64,000 nt of DNA from Macrostomum hystrix (taxonomy: Eukaryota > Animalia > Platyhelminthes). The position numbers and the translations under genes were made by a program. Numbering within the stretch: position 1 is the stretch's first letter; every line of letters starts with the position of its first letter. Below, piece by piece: positions 51,801 to 63,947 of the stretch. A model generated the notes under the pieces. It made no database searches. It was not told the origin of the DNA and saw only the letters and a list, made by a program, of their open reading frames with translations. The stretch is taken from assembly GCA_950097015.1 (NCBI GenBank), contig CATNEN010000007.1, positions 5,704,001 through 5,768,000 on the forward strand, in the 5' to 3' direction.

Positions 51801-53120
51801 GTGGTATTTTAGCTAGCTATCAGCCGGAGTATTGTAGATGGTGGTGTTTTAGCTAGCTATCAGCCGGAGTATTGTAGATGGTGGTGTTTTAGCTAGCTAT
51901 CAGCCGGAGTATTGTAGATGGTGGTGTTTTAGCTAGCTATCAGCCGGAGTATTGTAGATGGTGGTATTTTAGCTAGCTATCAGCCGGAGTATTGTAGATG
52001 GTGGTATTTTAGCTAGCTATCAGCCGGAGTATTGTAGATGGTGGTGTTTTAGCTAGCTATCAGCCGGAGTGTAGATGGTGGTATTTTAGCTAGCTATCAG
52101 CCGGAGTATTGTAGATGGTGGTGTTTTAGCTAGCTATCAGCCGGAGTATTGTAGATGGTGGTGTTTTAGCTAGCTATCAGCCGGAGTATTGTAGATGGTG
52201 GTATTTTAGCTAGCTATCAGCCGGAGTATTGTAGATGGTGGTATTTTAGCTAGCTATCAGCCGGAGTATTGTAGATGGTGGTATTTTAGCTAGCTATCAG
52301 CCGGAGTATTGTAGATGGTGGTGTTTTAGCTAGCTATCAGCCGGAGTATTGTAGATGGTGGTGTTTTAGCTAGCTATCAGCCGGAGTATTGTAGATGGTG
52401 GTGTTTTAGCTAGCTATCAGCCGGAGTATTGTAGATGGTGGTGTTTTAGCTAGCTATCAGCCGGAGTATTGTAGATGGTGGTGTTTTAGCTAGCTATCAG
52501 CCGGAGTGTAGATGGTGGTGTTTTAGCTAGCTATCAGCCGGAGTATTGTAGATGGTGGTATTTTAGCTAGCTATCAGCCGGAGTGTAGATGGTGGTATTT
52601 TAGCTAGCTATCAGCCGGAGTATTGTAGATGGTGGTGTTTTAGCTAGCTATCAGCCGGAGTATTGTAGATGGTGGTGTTTTAGCTAGCTATCAGCCGGAG
52701 TATTGTAGATGGTGGTGTTTTAGCTAGCTATCAGCCGGAGTATTGTAGATGGTGGTGTTTTAGCTAGCTATCAGCCGGAGTATTGTAGATGGTGGTATTT
52801 TAGCTAGCTATCAGCCGGAGTGTAGATGGTGGTATTTTAGCTAGCTATCAGCCGGAGTATTGTAGATGGTGGTGTTTTAGCTAGCTATCAGCCGGAGTAT
52901 TGTAGATGGTGGTGTTTTAGCTAGCTATCAGCCGGAGTATTGTAGATGGTGGTGTTTTAGCTAGCTATCAGCCGGAGTATTGTAGATGGTGTTGTTTTAG
53001 CTAGCTATCAGCCGGAGTATTGTAGATGGTGGCATTTTAGCTAGCTATCAGCCGGAGTATTGTAGATGGTGGTATTTTAGCTAGCTATCAGCAGGAGTAT
53101 TGTAGATGGTGGTATTTTAG
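48848..53120. repeat. 40-bp minisatellite (AGCTAGCTATCAGCCGGAGTATTGTAGATGGTGGT[G/A]TTTT)n, about 107 copies
   Basis: Very homogeneous. Two main polymorphisms: G/A and a 3-bp ATT deletion. Confidence 0.98.
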
Positions 53121-53306
53121 CGACGGTAATAGGAGATGCAGGTAATACATTGTGAAAATCAATAGAATGGAACGTGTTTTTTTATAGTCCATTCTGGCGA
53201 TAGTGTAAGAATTGTGGATGAGATTTACGACTTCTTTGCGATGGGAATTGACATCGATTCGGTCATATTTTATTTCAATGCATATAGGCTGAACGTACAT
53301 TTTTGG

Positions 53307-55087
53307 CTAAACTATATCATGAAACATTTGAATTTGAATTCTGTTTTGTTCCGAAGACGTCAGACTATGTGCAGTTGATCCAGATGCTCTTTTTGCTGAT
53401 GCTTTTTGAGCGGGAGTGATTGTCCAGTAGCTCTGCTGACAGGACGCCGTCCAGCACCTGGTGGATGTCGGCCAACTGCAGGTCGTCGCCGTCGCTGTCG
53501 GCCGAGTCCGGCGGTCTCTCGCGGCGAGATAGGAAGTCCGGCACGACATTGTACTTGCCCGGCTTGTACTCGACGGTGTAGTTGTGCTGCAGAAGCCGGT
53601 CATTCCATCGGTGGATGCGAAGTGGCTTGTGTCCGGTACCCTGGGTGCATAGCAGGGCTTTGGGTGCGGAATGATCAGTACGCAAAGTGAGCTGCTTACC
53701 GTAGGTATATAGACATGCCACTGCTCAAAAGCCAGATGCACGCCAGCGCCTCCTTCTCGCTCGCCGAATACCGGGACTCAGTCAGCGTCAGCGCTCGCGA
53801 CGACTAGGCCACCGGCTTCTCAGACTCGCCGACACGTTGAAGTAGCACCGCGCCAAGCGCGAAGTCGGACGCGTCGCACTCGACGATGGTCGCGGCGTTG
53901 CAGTCGAAGTAGCTGAGCACCGGCGGGCTCGTCAGCTGTCGCTTGAGCTCAGCGAAAGCCGCTTCGCAACCGCTGGTCCAACGGAAGATGGTGTCCTTCT
54001 TCAGTCCTTCCTTTTTCTCGCCGTCTTGGCGAAGTCGAGGATGAACTTAGCGAAGTAGTTGACGGTTGCCAGGAACGAAGAATGCCTCGTGCTGTAGTCG
54101 GTGCTGGGATGCTAAGCACGTCCTCGACGTTGGACTTAGACGGTCGAATTCCATCGCCTGAGATCAGCTGTAGCCCAGGAAGACGATCTCTGGGACACCG
54201 ATGTGGCACTTCTCCCTGTTCAACGTCAACCCGTTGTCGCTCAGGCGCTGGAGTACCGCTGGAAGCCGCTTGTCGTGCTCATCAAATTTGATGCCGTGAA
54301 TGACGATGTCGTCCACCGAGAGTCGGACTCCCTTGATGTAAGCCAGAATGATTGACAGGATCTTCTGGAAGCACGCACCAGAGCTGGACATGCCGAATGG
54401 GACTCCTGTGAACTGGTAGAGCCAACAGTGGGTGATTATCGCAGTCAGCTGCCTATTGCCAGGGTGCAACGGGATCTGGAGGTAGCTTTGCTTCCGGTCC
54501 AGCTTATTAAACACCTGGGCGCCAGCGAACTCGGCGGCCAGCTCCTCCTGCGTTGGCACGGGAAACTTGTCCGGGTTGATGGCCTTGTTGTAGTTTCGTT
54601 GGTCGACGCAGAGTCGCAAGTGGCCGATCTTCTTCTTGGAGATGACCAAGTTGGATACCCAAGGAGACGCGTCGATCTTCTCGATGACGCCTGCGGCCTC
54701 CATCTTGTTCAGCTCGTCCTTCACGCGGTCCTGCAGAGCCAGCCGCACCCGGCGCAGCGGCTCGACAGTCGGTGTCGCAGCCTGCGGTCTGTGGCAGAAC
54801 TTCTTGGCCCTGCCGATGCCGTCGAAGATGCCTGGGAACTCCTCGGCGATGTCCTCGACGCTGCTGATCGCGTTGACGGGGATCGAGAATCCCAGCTTTT
54901 CCAATCCGTCGATATCGAGAATGTTGGCACCTCGCCGCGTGATGAAGAATCGGCAGATCGCGGACTTCCCATGGTGCACGACGCGCAGCTCGGCCGTCCT
55001 CAGAACCTCGATTGCAGATCCGGTGTAGGAGAACAGCTGCTTGTGTGTCGGCGTGATGATGAGTTGCTTCGGCAGGCGCTTTACGGT
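53307..55087 (-). mobile_element. Decayed Ty3/Gypsy pol fragment (protease C-terminus, RT, RNase H)
   Basis: VIEKIDASPWVSNLV..KKK.G.LRLCVD.R..NKAI.PDKFP.P, YQFT..PFG.SS, SVDDIVI, RNase H CDASD, TLRTDH, RW..RLLQHNYTVEYKPGKYNVVPDFLSR. Frameshifts present; no LTRs found. Confidence 0.9.
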
Positions 55088-56670
55088 CTTCTCTTCTTCT
55101 TCTTCTTCCCTTTTTTCGCCGTTAGGCGTGGGCCCCGGGAGCATTCTTACTAGTTATGGCAGACACGAGCATGTCTTGCCATGTTCGTCGCTGCCAGCGT
55201 TCTGCCGCATCCTTCGCAGGTCTTGGTCTTGTTCACATACTTTCTAGCCTTCAGCGTCCTTTCCGTTTTTGTCTCGTCTTCTTCTATTTCTTTGGTGTTG
55301 ATATGTCCGTCACAGGATCTCTTGTGGCGGGCCATGTTAGACTTGGATATTTCCTTCTTGCATGTGATGCAAGCTATGGTGTGTGTTGTTGTTCTTGTCT
55401 CGCCTCGGCACGTCTTGCCGTGGTTCTTCATCGTTGCTTCTTGTTGGAACCCTTTAGAACACTTTGGACAGTTGAAGATCTTTGGTGTCTCCCTTGATCG
55501 GTGCATTCTCTTTTGGTGTATTGTCAGGCCCCCTTTGCTTTTGCATATCTTTCCGCAGTTATCGTACTCGCACTTGAAACCGCTTGTTGTTGGCTCCTTC
55601 TTCTTTGGAGGGGCGTTCCTCTTGCTCGAGTTGGTGCTGGTGTTTGATGTTTTCTTGCCTTGTGATTGTTCCCATTGGTCAATGTGCTTTATTCGGGCTT
55701 TTACCCAGTCTCGCCATTTACGTCTGTCTGTGGCTATTCGTTCGATATCGGATGGGTCTTCCTTCACGTATTAATCTTTTCCAGTAGTTTATGGTGTTGG
55801 TTTTGCGGCGTCGTAGTTTTGGTATCTTCTCCAGTCCTCGGTACCATCCAAGTACTGCACGCTTCGTTTGTCGGTCATCAGGCATCCTGAGAACGTGGCC
55901 GACACGTATCAAATGGGCTTTCTCGATTTTCGTTCTTATCGATTTTACCCCTAGTTCGGTGCGGATATCCTGCATGTTGTATCCTTTCGTTTCCATTTCC
56001 CGTAAGGGTTCCATTGTTTTGGAGCTCCAGATGTGTCGGTAGCTGATTCTGTCTATGTGCCTTTGTAGGGTTTTGATTTCGGATGTGTGGAAAGGTCGAG
56101 TGTTGGCATGGAAGAGTAATGTGCTCTCTATGCATGCTTCCACGACTTTGGCCTGTGTGGTTTTAGATAGCCTGCTTTTCATGAATCTTTTCCTACTAAT
56201 AGATAACCAGCTCTTGGTCGCCCTCATCACTCTTTGTTTCGTGTCCTTCGTTCTGCCCATCAAGCTTCCTAGCATTCTCACTTCTTCTCCTTCTTTTGTG
56301 CCTAGGAGCATTTCTTCTTGCTTCTTGTCGTTTGTTCTTTCTTCAAACTGCTGCATGCATTCCTTCGTGATCGCTAGGCCGTCTTCTAGCTCCTTCCGGT
56401 TTCCGATCAGTGTGGTGTCATCGGCGAAAAGTGATGTTCTGAAGTGATGAGTGTGCATCTCGGAGTTGTATTGGTTCATACGTTGCGGGGGTAGTGAGTG
56501 GCCTGTCGGGTACGCCCACTCTACTCCGCACGTTATGTCCTTCTCCTTAGCGTTGGCCAGCCTTGCCGCTTCGGCGCGTCGCATGCAGGCTTGGTGGTAT
56601 ATGTTAAACAGGATTGGTGATGTTGGGCATCCCTCGCGGAGTCCTCGCTCTGGGTACCACCAAGGACCAC
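55088..56670 (-). mobile_element. 5'-truncated RTE-like non-LTR retrotransposon with C-terminal zinc fingers and (GAA)n tail
   Basis: GLREGCPTSPILFNIY, LFADDTTL, thumb GHVLRMPDDR..K. Frameshifted C-terminus with CxxC..HxxxH/C fingers. Short 3' UTR, then GAAGAAGAAGAAGAAGAGAAG tail at about 55088-55108. Confidence 0.85.
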
Positions 56671-58406
56671 TGTAGTATAACAGGACGGGAAACTCAAAAT
56701 ATCGTGTAAATTTTTAGAAGGCCGATTTCCTGGAAAAAATACACTGCGGAGATAGGAAAAAGTCATTTTTTCAGCACATAATCAATTATTGCTTTTGATC
56801 TGGAGCAAGTTCAAATCCGTTAATCTTAGTACAGCATGCCCAACATTAAGCTCCGTTGTTTTTATATAGCTTCGTTTATAAAAGTCTTATTTTCACATAT
56901 ATATACTATATAATAGTGTCTTGAATCTATATAGACTATAGACTAGCACATTTAATGGCTCAAAATATGATAGCTAAATATTCTTAAGTTGGCCTAAATT
57001 GTTTGAATTAACAAATTAGCTAAATAGTTTGGCAAAACTAACAGCCAAAAAAGTTAACTAATATAACAGTAGCAACTATATAGCTATAAAGGTACAACAA
57101 ATTTCAAAATGATTTTAATGCAACCAAGTAAGTTAATTAATTTTTGGCTGTTAGTTTTGCTAAAGTATTTAGGGGGGTGAAATGGCGGGGGGTGAATTCA
57201 GTACTTAGTAATAAATCACATGAATTCAACATTGAAGATTTCGTTTGATTTATAGAAAGCAAACCAGGAGTAAAGCATGTAGTTGCCTATTGCCTGCTAA
57301 GTATATGATTGCATTAATATCAAAGCTTATCATAGTATTAATAGACTTAATATTTGACATGTAACTATTCTGCAATAGGTTTTAATGATTCCCTAACAAT
57401 TAGATTGTTATGATTATGTTTACTGTTTAAGGGCATGAAGCAGCATTAAATTAAATTTATTGCTTTTACATAACCTAACAGAGGATTTTGTACTTGTTCC
57501 TGAATATATTTGGCGTTTATGCTAATTTATTGACTTTTTACTGTTTGAAATACTAGGGGGCAGGCTTGGTAATGTTAGCAATATTTGCAATTTTAAATTC
57601 AGCTGCTACATTATGCTTATATTATAACCAATACCTTTGTTCTTTGTTTTTGTTCTTTGTTCTTCCTTACAAATTTTCCTTTGTAAGGAAAGGATTGTAA
57701 TTGCATGCACACTATGCTTAAGTTTATTTCAGAAAATATCTTTAGACAATAAGCAAGTTGGTTATTTTTACTGAGTTTTCAATATAAATTGTAAAATTTT
57801 TCAATAGTTTTAACTTGAAACAATAATAGAGAGAGACAATTATGAAATATGTGCATACTATAGCAAAGGGCTAATTTATAATAATATAAAATTCATTCAG
57901 CATGTTTCTTGTAGTACATCTTTGGATTTTTAGCCAGCTACTTGTGTCAATTGTAACCAAGTAGAACAAAGAAATCATAGCAAAAAAGGTAGTTAAAAGA
58001 ATTAAAAAAATACCAGACAAGCCTTTCAGAAGCTTTTAAGTAGGTTATTAAGCTAAATCAAATTAAGTAATTTTTAGACTTTATATCAAATAAATGATCA
58101 TGATCTTTGTAACAAGTATAATTTTTAAGAGTATAGTAACTAATATTCTTAGTGTAATATTTGTGAGAGAAGGAAATTATCTAGAGTTTTTAGATGACTA
58201 TATATATATATTTAATTAATTCTGTAATATGTAAAATTGACTACAAAAAATGTAATTTAACACACTTCTATGTTTAGATTTCGTGTTTGTTAACTGCTTT
58301 TGTAGCCAGTTATTCAGTGTCTATTATTGCTTTGTTTCAATTTATTTTTTATAATTTCTGTCATGCAGTCAGTGCCATTCATTCCAATTTTAAGCTATAA
58401 CTAGTC

Positions 58407-61400
58407 ATGGCAAGTAAAAATGATACGGTGTCTCTGCTTGCCAAACACTTCATTGACATCTATGGCCAGAATGGGACTGTCTATGGTGAAAATGTTATTG
58501 ATTTCCTATCTGGCATCACTATGAGCACATCGATGCTTAGTAGACTGACTGTCAAAGGAGAGGTAAGCATCTTGGCCATTGACGATTTTTTAAGTAAATT
58601 ATTTCACAGCCCCGGGCAATTGGCAAGAAGAAATTCTGCCTCAATTTAAACATTTGCTGCTTCTCAACCCACATGTTCATCCTAGTGTCCAATCAAAGCT
58701 GACAGTCTGCGGCCACTCCAGTGGACTCTGGTCAATGCCAGCAGTCTGGTCTCAGCTGTGCTTGACGGAGTCCAGATTCCTGCCTGCTATGCCGACGCTT
58801 CCTCTGCTGCTGCTGAGGTGGCTGTTGCCACCGCTGCTGCAGAGGCTCACGAGAGAACGGCCAATGCTCCTTTGCATGGTGAGCTGATCTGCTGTGGCTA
58901 CCTGATTCTTACCATCTGCTGGTCATTGACTAACGATTTTCTGGTCATTGCCTAATGGTCTTCTGGTCATTGCCTTCATAATATTCTAGTCATTGCCTAA
59001 TGATCTTCTGGTCATTGCCTAATGGTCTTCTGGTCATTGCCTTCATAATATTCTAGTCATTGCCTAATGATCTTCTGGTCATTGACTAATGATCTTCTGG
59101 TCATTGCCTAATGGTCTTCTGGTCATTGCCTTCATAATATTCTAGTCATTGCCTAATGATCTTCTGGTCATTGCCTAATGGTCTTCTGGTCATTGCCTTC
59201 ATAATATTCTAGTCATTGCCTAATGATCTTCTGGTCATTGCCTAATGGTCTTCTGGTCATTGCCTAATGGTCTTTTGGTCATTGCCTTCATAATATTCTA
59301 GTCATTGCCTAATGATATTCTGAATAAAATAATTTATTACATAATGTTTCAGCCATCAGACAAAAGCATAATTTTAGTGGAACTGCAACTTTACTGACAA
59401 TTGTGACTGCTTTTTATCCACCTATCCGCAGTGTGGGGCTACGGCCTGCTGTTCGTGACCCTGATCAACCTGTGCGCTGTTCTCGGCATCATCTTCCTGC
59501 CCTTCATGGGCCGCCGGGTCTACAAGCTGCTCATGACCTTCATGGTCTCCCTGGCTGTGGGATCTCTGGTGGCCACCGCGCTGCTCATCCTGCTGCCGGA
59601 CGTGAGTCCTAATCCCAAGGCTGACCGATGGGAAGAAACTTGGCTATGGGAATATTTCTCAAAGAGTGGGGTATTTATAGGGAATTTCTTGCTCGACTGA
59701 TGAAGGGAAATAAAATCAGGAGATTCATATAAGATGATTACGTGTATGGGATTTTTGTTAGATGATTAGGAGTTTGGGATTTTGGTTGGATGTGTAAGCC
59801 TGTGCAACTGTAACTTCATAGAAAAAAATAAAAATTTTTTTTTATTTCAACTGACATGACCACCGTTTTCGAAAAAAGGTCGAAAATAATTTTCAATCGT
59901 TATAACCTTCACCGAAAAACTCTGGAGGAGCACGGGTCCTTTTACTACGACGCAATTCGACAATGATAGGAGCGCCGGCTGGGGCGTCGACTGGAGCGCC
60001 GGCTGGACTGGCCGCCTTGCAGGACTTCAGGCGATTCAAGTGCACGACTCGGACAGAAGCTGCCGCTGCCGATTGGTCCAGACATCTGTCTCCGCCTTCG
60101 CTGGTTGTCCACCAGTCCGCAAGTAGTTCGCCAGCTGCTGCATGCACCGATCCGCTGTCTGGGCTCGTCGAATTGCGCTGTCGTCGTTGAACTCGACAGT
60201 GAGGGCAGAGCCGCATCAGGATCTCGGAAACGCAGCAGATGAATCAGCGATGCGTGGTCAGTGCGCAGGGTGAATCTCTTTCCCAGATAATAGCTGCGAT
60301 AGTGGCCGACGAAGTGCACAATTTTCAGCAACTCTCGTCTCGTTGTGCAGTAATTTCGTTCTGCCTTGGACAGGATTCAACTGCCGTACGCCACCACCTA
60401 CGTCCTGTCACCACGGCGCTCTGCAGAACTCCTGAGATAGCCACGCCGGAGGCATCGGTTTCCAGCACAAACTCGGCGTCTTCTGCGAATGTCGGCATGA
60501 CGAGGACCGGGCTGGATGTCAGGCACTGCTTCAGTTGATTGAATGCCGCTGAGCACTCCGGAGACCAGTTGAAAGCCACATCGTTCTGCGTTAGTTCGTA
60601 CAATCGCGCAGCAATTTCGCTGTAGTTTTTGACGAACTGACGATAGTAGCCGCACAGTCCCAGAAGCTGCCGCACTTCTGAACAGTCCTCAGGTGTTGGC
60701 CACTCCTGTACTGCCTTCACCTTGTCCAGATCAGTTGTCACACCGTCCTTGGAGATTCGAAAGCCAAGAAAGATATTTCTTGATAGCACAGGTGGCACTT
60801 TGTCGGCTTTAACTTCAGATTTGCGGTTCTAAATTTCTGCAGCACAAGCTGAAGTCTCCGAAGATGCTCCTCGAATCCTTTCGAAAATATGACAACGTCG
60901 TCGAGGAATGATAGCACGCTTCCCATCGAAGACCCTTCAGCACGAGTTCCATTAGTCTCGAGAACGTGGCAGGCCCGTTGCAGACTCCTTGAGGCAGCCT
61001 CATGTACTGTAACAATCCCTGTGGCGCAGGAAATGCTGTTTTTCACGACTCTCCGAGTCCATCATCACCTGAGAGTAGCCGCTGGTGAAATCTAGCGTCG
61101 AAAACATCGTGGATCCCGCCAAGATCAGATCGCTGGTGTGAGGCAGTGGATGACTGTCTTTCACGGTCACGGAGTTGAGCAGTCTGAAATCGTTCACGAA
61201 GCGCAAATTACCGTCCTTCTTCTTCACTAGGATGACTGGGCTCGACCACGGAGAACTCGACGGCTCTACGATGTCGTCTCGCACCATCTGCTCGACCATC
61301 TCCGACACCGCTCGCTGGTTCAGAGGCGATAATTGTAGTCAAGCCTCATCAATATGCACTTGCGCTACAACATCGTGTCCATGCTCAGTTTCTTGGTCAT

Positions 61401-63947
61401 TAACTGACTCATTTTGCATTAGCGACTCCGTCTCCATCGGCTCGAAACTCCCCAGTTTGGTTCCGGGGTAAAGTGTATGAGGCTTAGTGTCCGTGTTGAC
61501 ATAGTGCACAGCAATGAGTCCGCCTGACATCACAGAGAGGCTGCGCGCTCCACACAGGACATCCTTTGAATTGTCGGACTCAAAGATTCCGCACTCACCA
61601 TTAACAGCAGTCGCTTACCCAGTCGTCAGTCTCGCAGGAAGCACGATTTTATGACCAGCGGGTACAGTTTTACGGTCCGCCACTTCAACGGAAAATGCAT
61701 CACTCCCTTGTGCTGAAGATTCCATTTTTACTAGCTGACCGCACACACTGAGCGTCTGACGATTGCAGTCGATGATGCAGCCACAGCTTCTCAGGAAATC
61801 TGCACCTAACTTCTGAGACTTCTGAGAGCAGAATCTTTGAGCGTAGCCCGGCTTACCGTGCCTCCAACACGTCACGACTCTACGTCTGTCGCCGCTTCCA
61901 CGACGATCTTGCTCTTTAGACTCCAGACGGCTGAACTTGTTCGACAGCTCCTGCAGAGACCGCTGAATTCCAACAGCAAAGGCCTCGGGAGCCTCAGCAG
62001 CCAGTGCAGTGCCGGCGCCTTCTTGCGACTGCACTGATTCGACGAACTTCGCTGTTTCCACCGTCTCAGTAAAAGTCGCCTTCGGGTGCATCTGCGTCTG
62101 CATCCGATCAGCTGGGTTTCTCAATCCAGAAATTTCTCAAACCGACCTTTGAGCAGCTCGTCCTTCGCTGTCACTTGCCATCCGTCATCCTGCGCTCATC
62201 AGTCGCAGTCTCTTCTAGACTTAAAAAAACGCGCTTCGCGGGCATCGGAGTACTCTGCAACCGACTGACCGTCCTTCTGAGTGAGGTTGAAGAACGGCTT
62301 GCAGCTCAGCAGAGGATGTAGATGGCCGGAAACGACTGAGCAAAGTCTTTTCAAAATCGTTGTAGGACTGGGCAGCTGCAAGATTGCTGGCCGCTTGGTA
62401 CGCTTTGTCATCGAGGAATGACAGCAGAGCATTTTTGCGCTGATCCTCTGGAAAGGACAATGCAAAGTTTTTGAAACGCGCCAGACAGAGCTCAAAATCT
62501 TGCCTATACTGGTATTGGGGTGGTCGCTGAAACATATTGACAAAACTGGCTTGCGCTACTGCCACTGCAGGGCTCTCTGCACTGCTCTCACTGTTTTTCA
62601 TATGGGATATGATTATGGGATTTTGGTTGGATGATTGGGAGTATGGGATTTTGGTTGGATGATTGGGAGTATGTGATTTTGGTTGGGTGATTGGGAGTAT
62701 GGGATTTTGGTTGGATGATTGGGAGTATGGTGATTATATTCTACTTACCCCTGGCTCCCTGTCGCCCACAGTGCCTTCAACTGGCCTTCATTCACGAGGA
62801 GGTGAACAGGCCGAACTCCAGCCTGTTCGAGGAGCACCACCATCACGTGTTCCGGCCCGGTTGGTCCAGCCACGCCACCTGGGAGGAGTTCATCTCGCGG
62901 CACCCCTGGTACCTGTGGCGCTGCTGCACCGTGTTTGCTGGTATCTACCTGTTCTTTGTGATAGAACGACTGCTCAAAGAGCTCATTCGCTGGAAGGTGA
63001 GAGACAGCATCTGGCTTTTCCACTTCAAAACTGGCGGTCTAGAATTTCAATGCATGCCAGGTTAACAAAGTCTATTGTTATCAGTTTAGCAAGGAGTTGC
63101 CTAGGGCTCCGTGATAGGCTGGCCTGCACAAAGAGTGACAGCGTTTGCCTCTCGCACCAAGGTCCCTGAGTTCAATTCCGCGCCGAGGCCACATCTATTT
63201 GGGGCGCAGCCGCGGACAGAAGGCTTGGGCTTGTCGTGCGATTTACGCCCTTGAGGGCCAACCTCCAAGGCACAGTGAGAGTTTACACTGTCTGATAATA
63301 AGCAAGTCAGGGCAGTTGTATACACCTGTTTCTGTCTGCGTACAGTATCTGTGTGCGTTTGTGCTCAGGAGTCAACAAACTAGGCAGAATTGCCTGATCG
63401 CTGGTTGCGGGTCTAGTGTCAACAAATAATTTGCCATTGCCCGCAGCCCTCCTAATAATAATAATATTATTATTATTATAGTTATTTATTTCATTTTTTT
63501 TATTACTAATATTATTGTATACTTGTAAAGCTGGCTTTAACTCAATAGCAATAATTCTGACTCTGATTCTCGTTCCGCTTCTCCTCCCCTGCACGCAGCT
63601 GCCTATTATTATTTTAACCATGTACACAGGCTAGTTTCCTAAATTTTCTATTGAATTCGATTTCGTATTCAATAATTCAATTCCCAAAGCAACCGGTTGC
63701 TATGGACGCTGTGTGTGCCAAGCAGCACCAGCATCATCATCACAGCCAGCACAGTCTGAGGGAGCGCTTCCCTTCCTGCAGTGTCAACATCGAGCGGGTG
63801 CCCACGAGGGCCGACAAGCAGATTCGATACGCCAGACCGGATGGCGCTGTGGGCAGCTGCGCCCGCTGCGGCAGGACCAACAGCGACGGAGGCGTCAGCT
63901 GCGCGGACGGATGCGAGGCGCTGCAGGATTTGGTCACCGGCGACGAG
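58407..63947 (+). CDS. ZIP8/ZIP14-like (SLC39) metal transporter, copy B; partial, continues beyond the window
   Basis: Exons 58407..58562, 58686..58878, 59432..59601, 62772..62996, 63690..63947 splice in frame. Intron positions match copy A for the shared exons. Extra His/Cys-rich loop exon. Confidence 0.87.
58920..59320. repeat. About 22-25-bp intronic minisatellite (GTCATTGCCTAATG[A/G]TCTTCTG and variant) with about 69-bp trimer periodicity
   Basis: Directly visible in a ZIP copy B intron. Confidence 0.92.
59793..62601 (-). mobile_element. Internally deleted, decayed Ty3/Gypsy LTR retrotransposon in a ZIP copy B intron
   Basis: gag with a degenerate CCHC knuckle (CWRHGKPGYAQRFC), protease remnant, RT (PSSSPWSSPVILVKKKDG.LRFVNDFR.LN, FLDDVVIFS), RNase H (LETDASG, FTLRTDHASL), integrase tail (VHLNRLK...LRRSKR.R.PP). 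Inserted into a 28-bp host repeat. Confidence 0.9.
62602..62730. repeat. 28-bp repeat (GGGATTTTGGTTGGATGATTGGGAGTAT)n, split by the Gypsy insertion (remaining copies at 59745-59792)
   Basis: Same unit on both sides of the retroelement. Confidence 0.85.
63112..63480 (+). mobile_element. Probable tRNA-derived SINE with (TAA)n tail in a ZIP copy B intron
   Basis: tRNA-like head ending in the B-box-like GAGTTCAATTCC, GC-balanced body, TAATAATAATAAT tail. Confidence 0.5.

Noticed and set aside
3562-53120. 30-43-bp tandem arrays as possible CRISPR arrays
   Set aside because: Units are head-to-tail with no unique spacers, there are no cas genes, and the context is eukaryotic with spliced genes.
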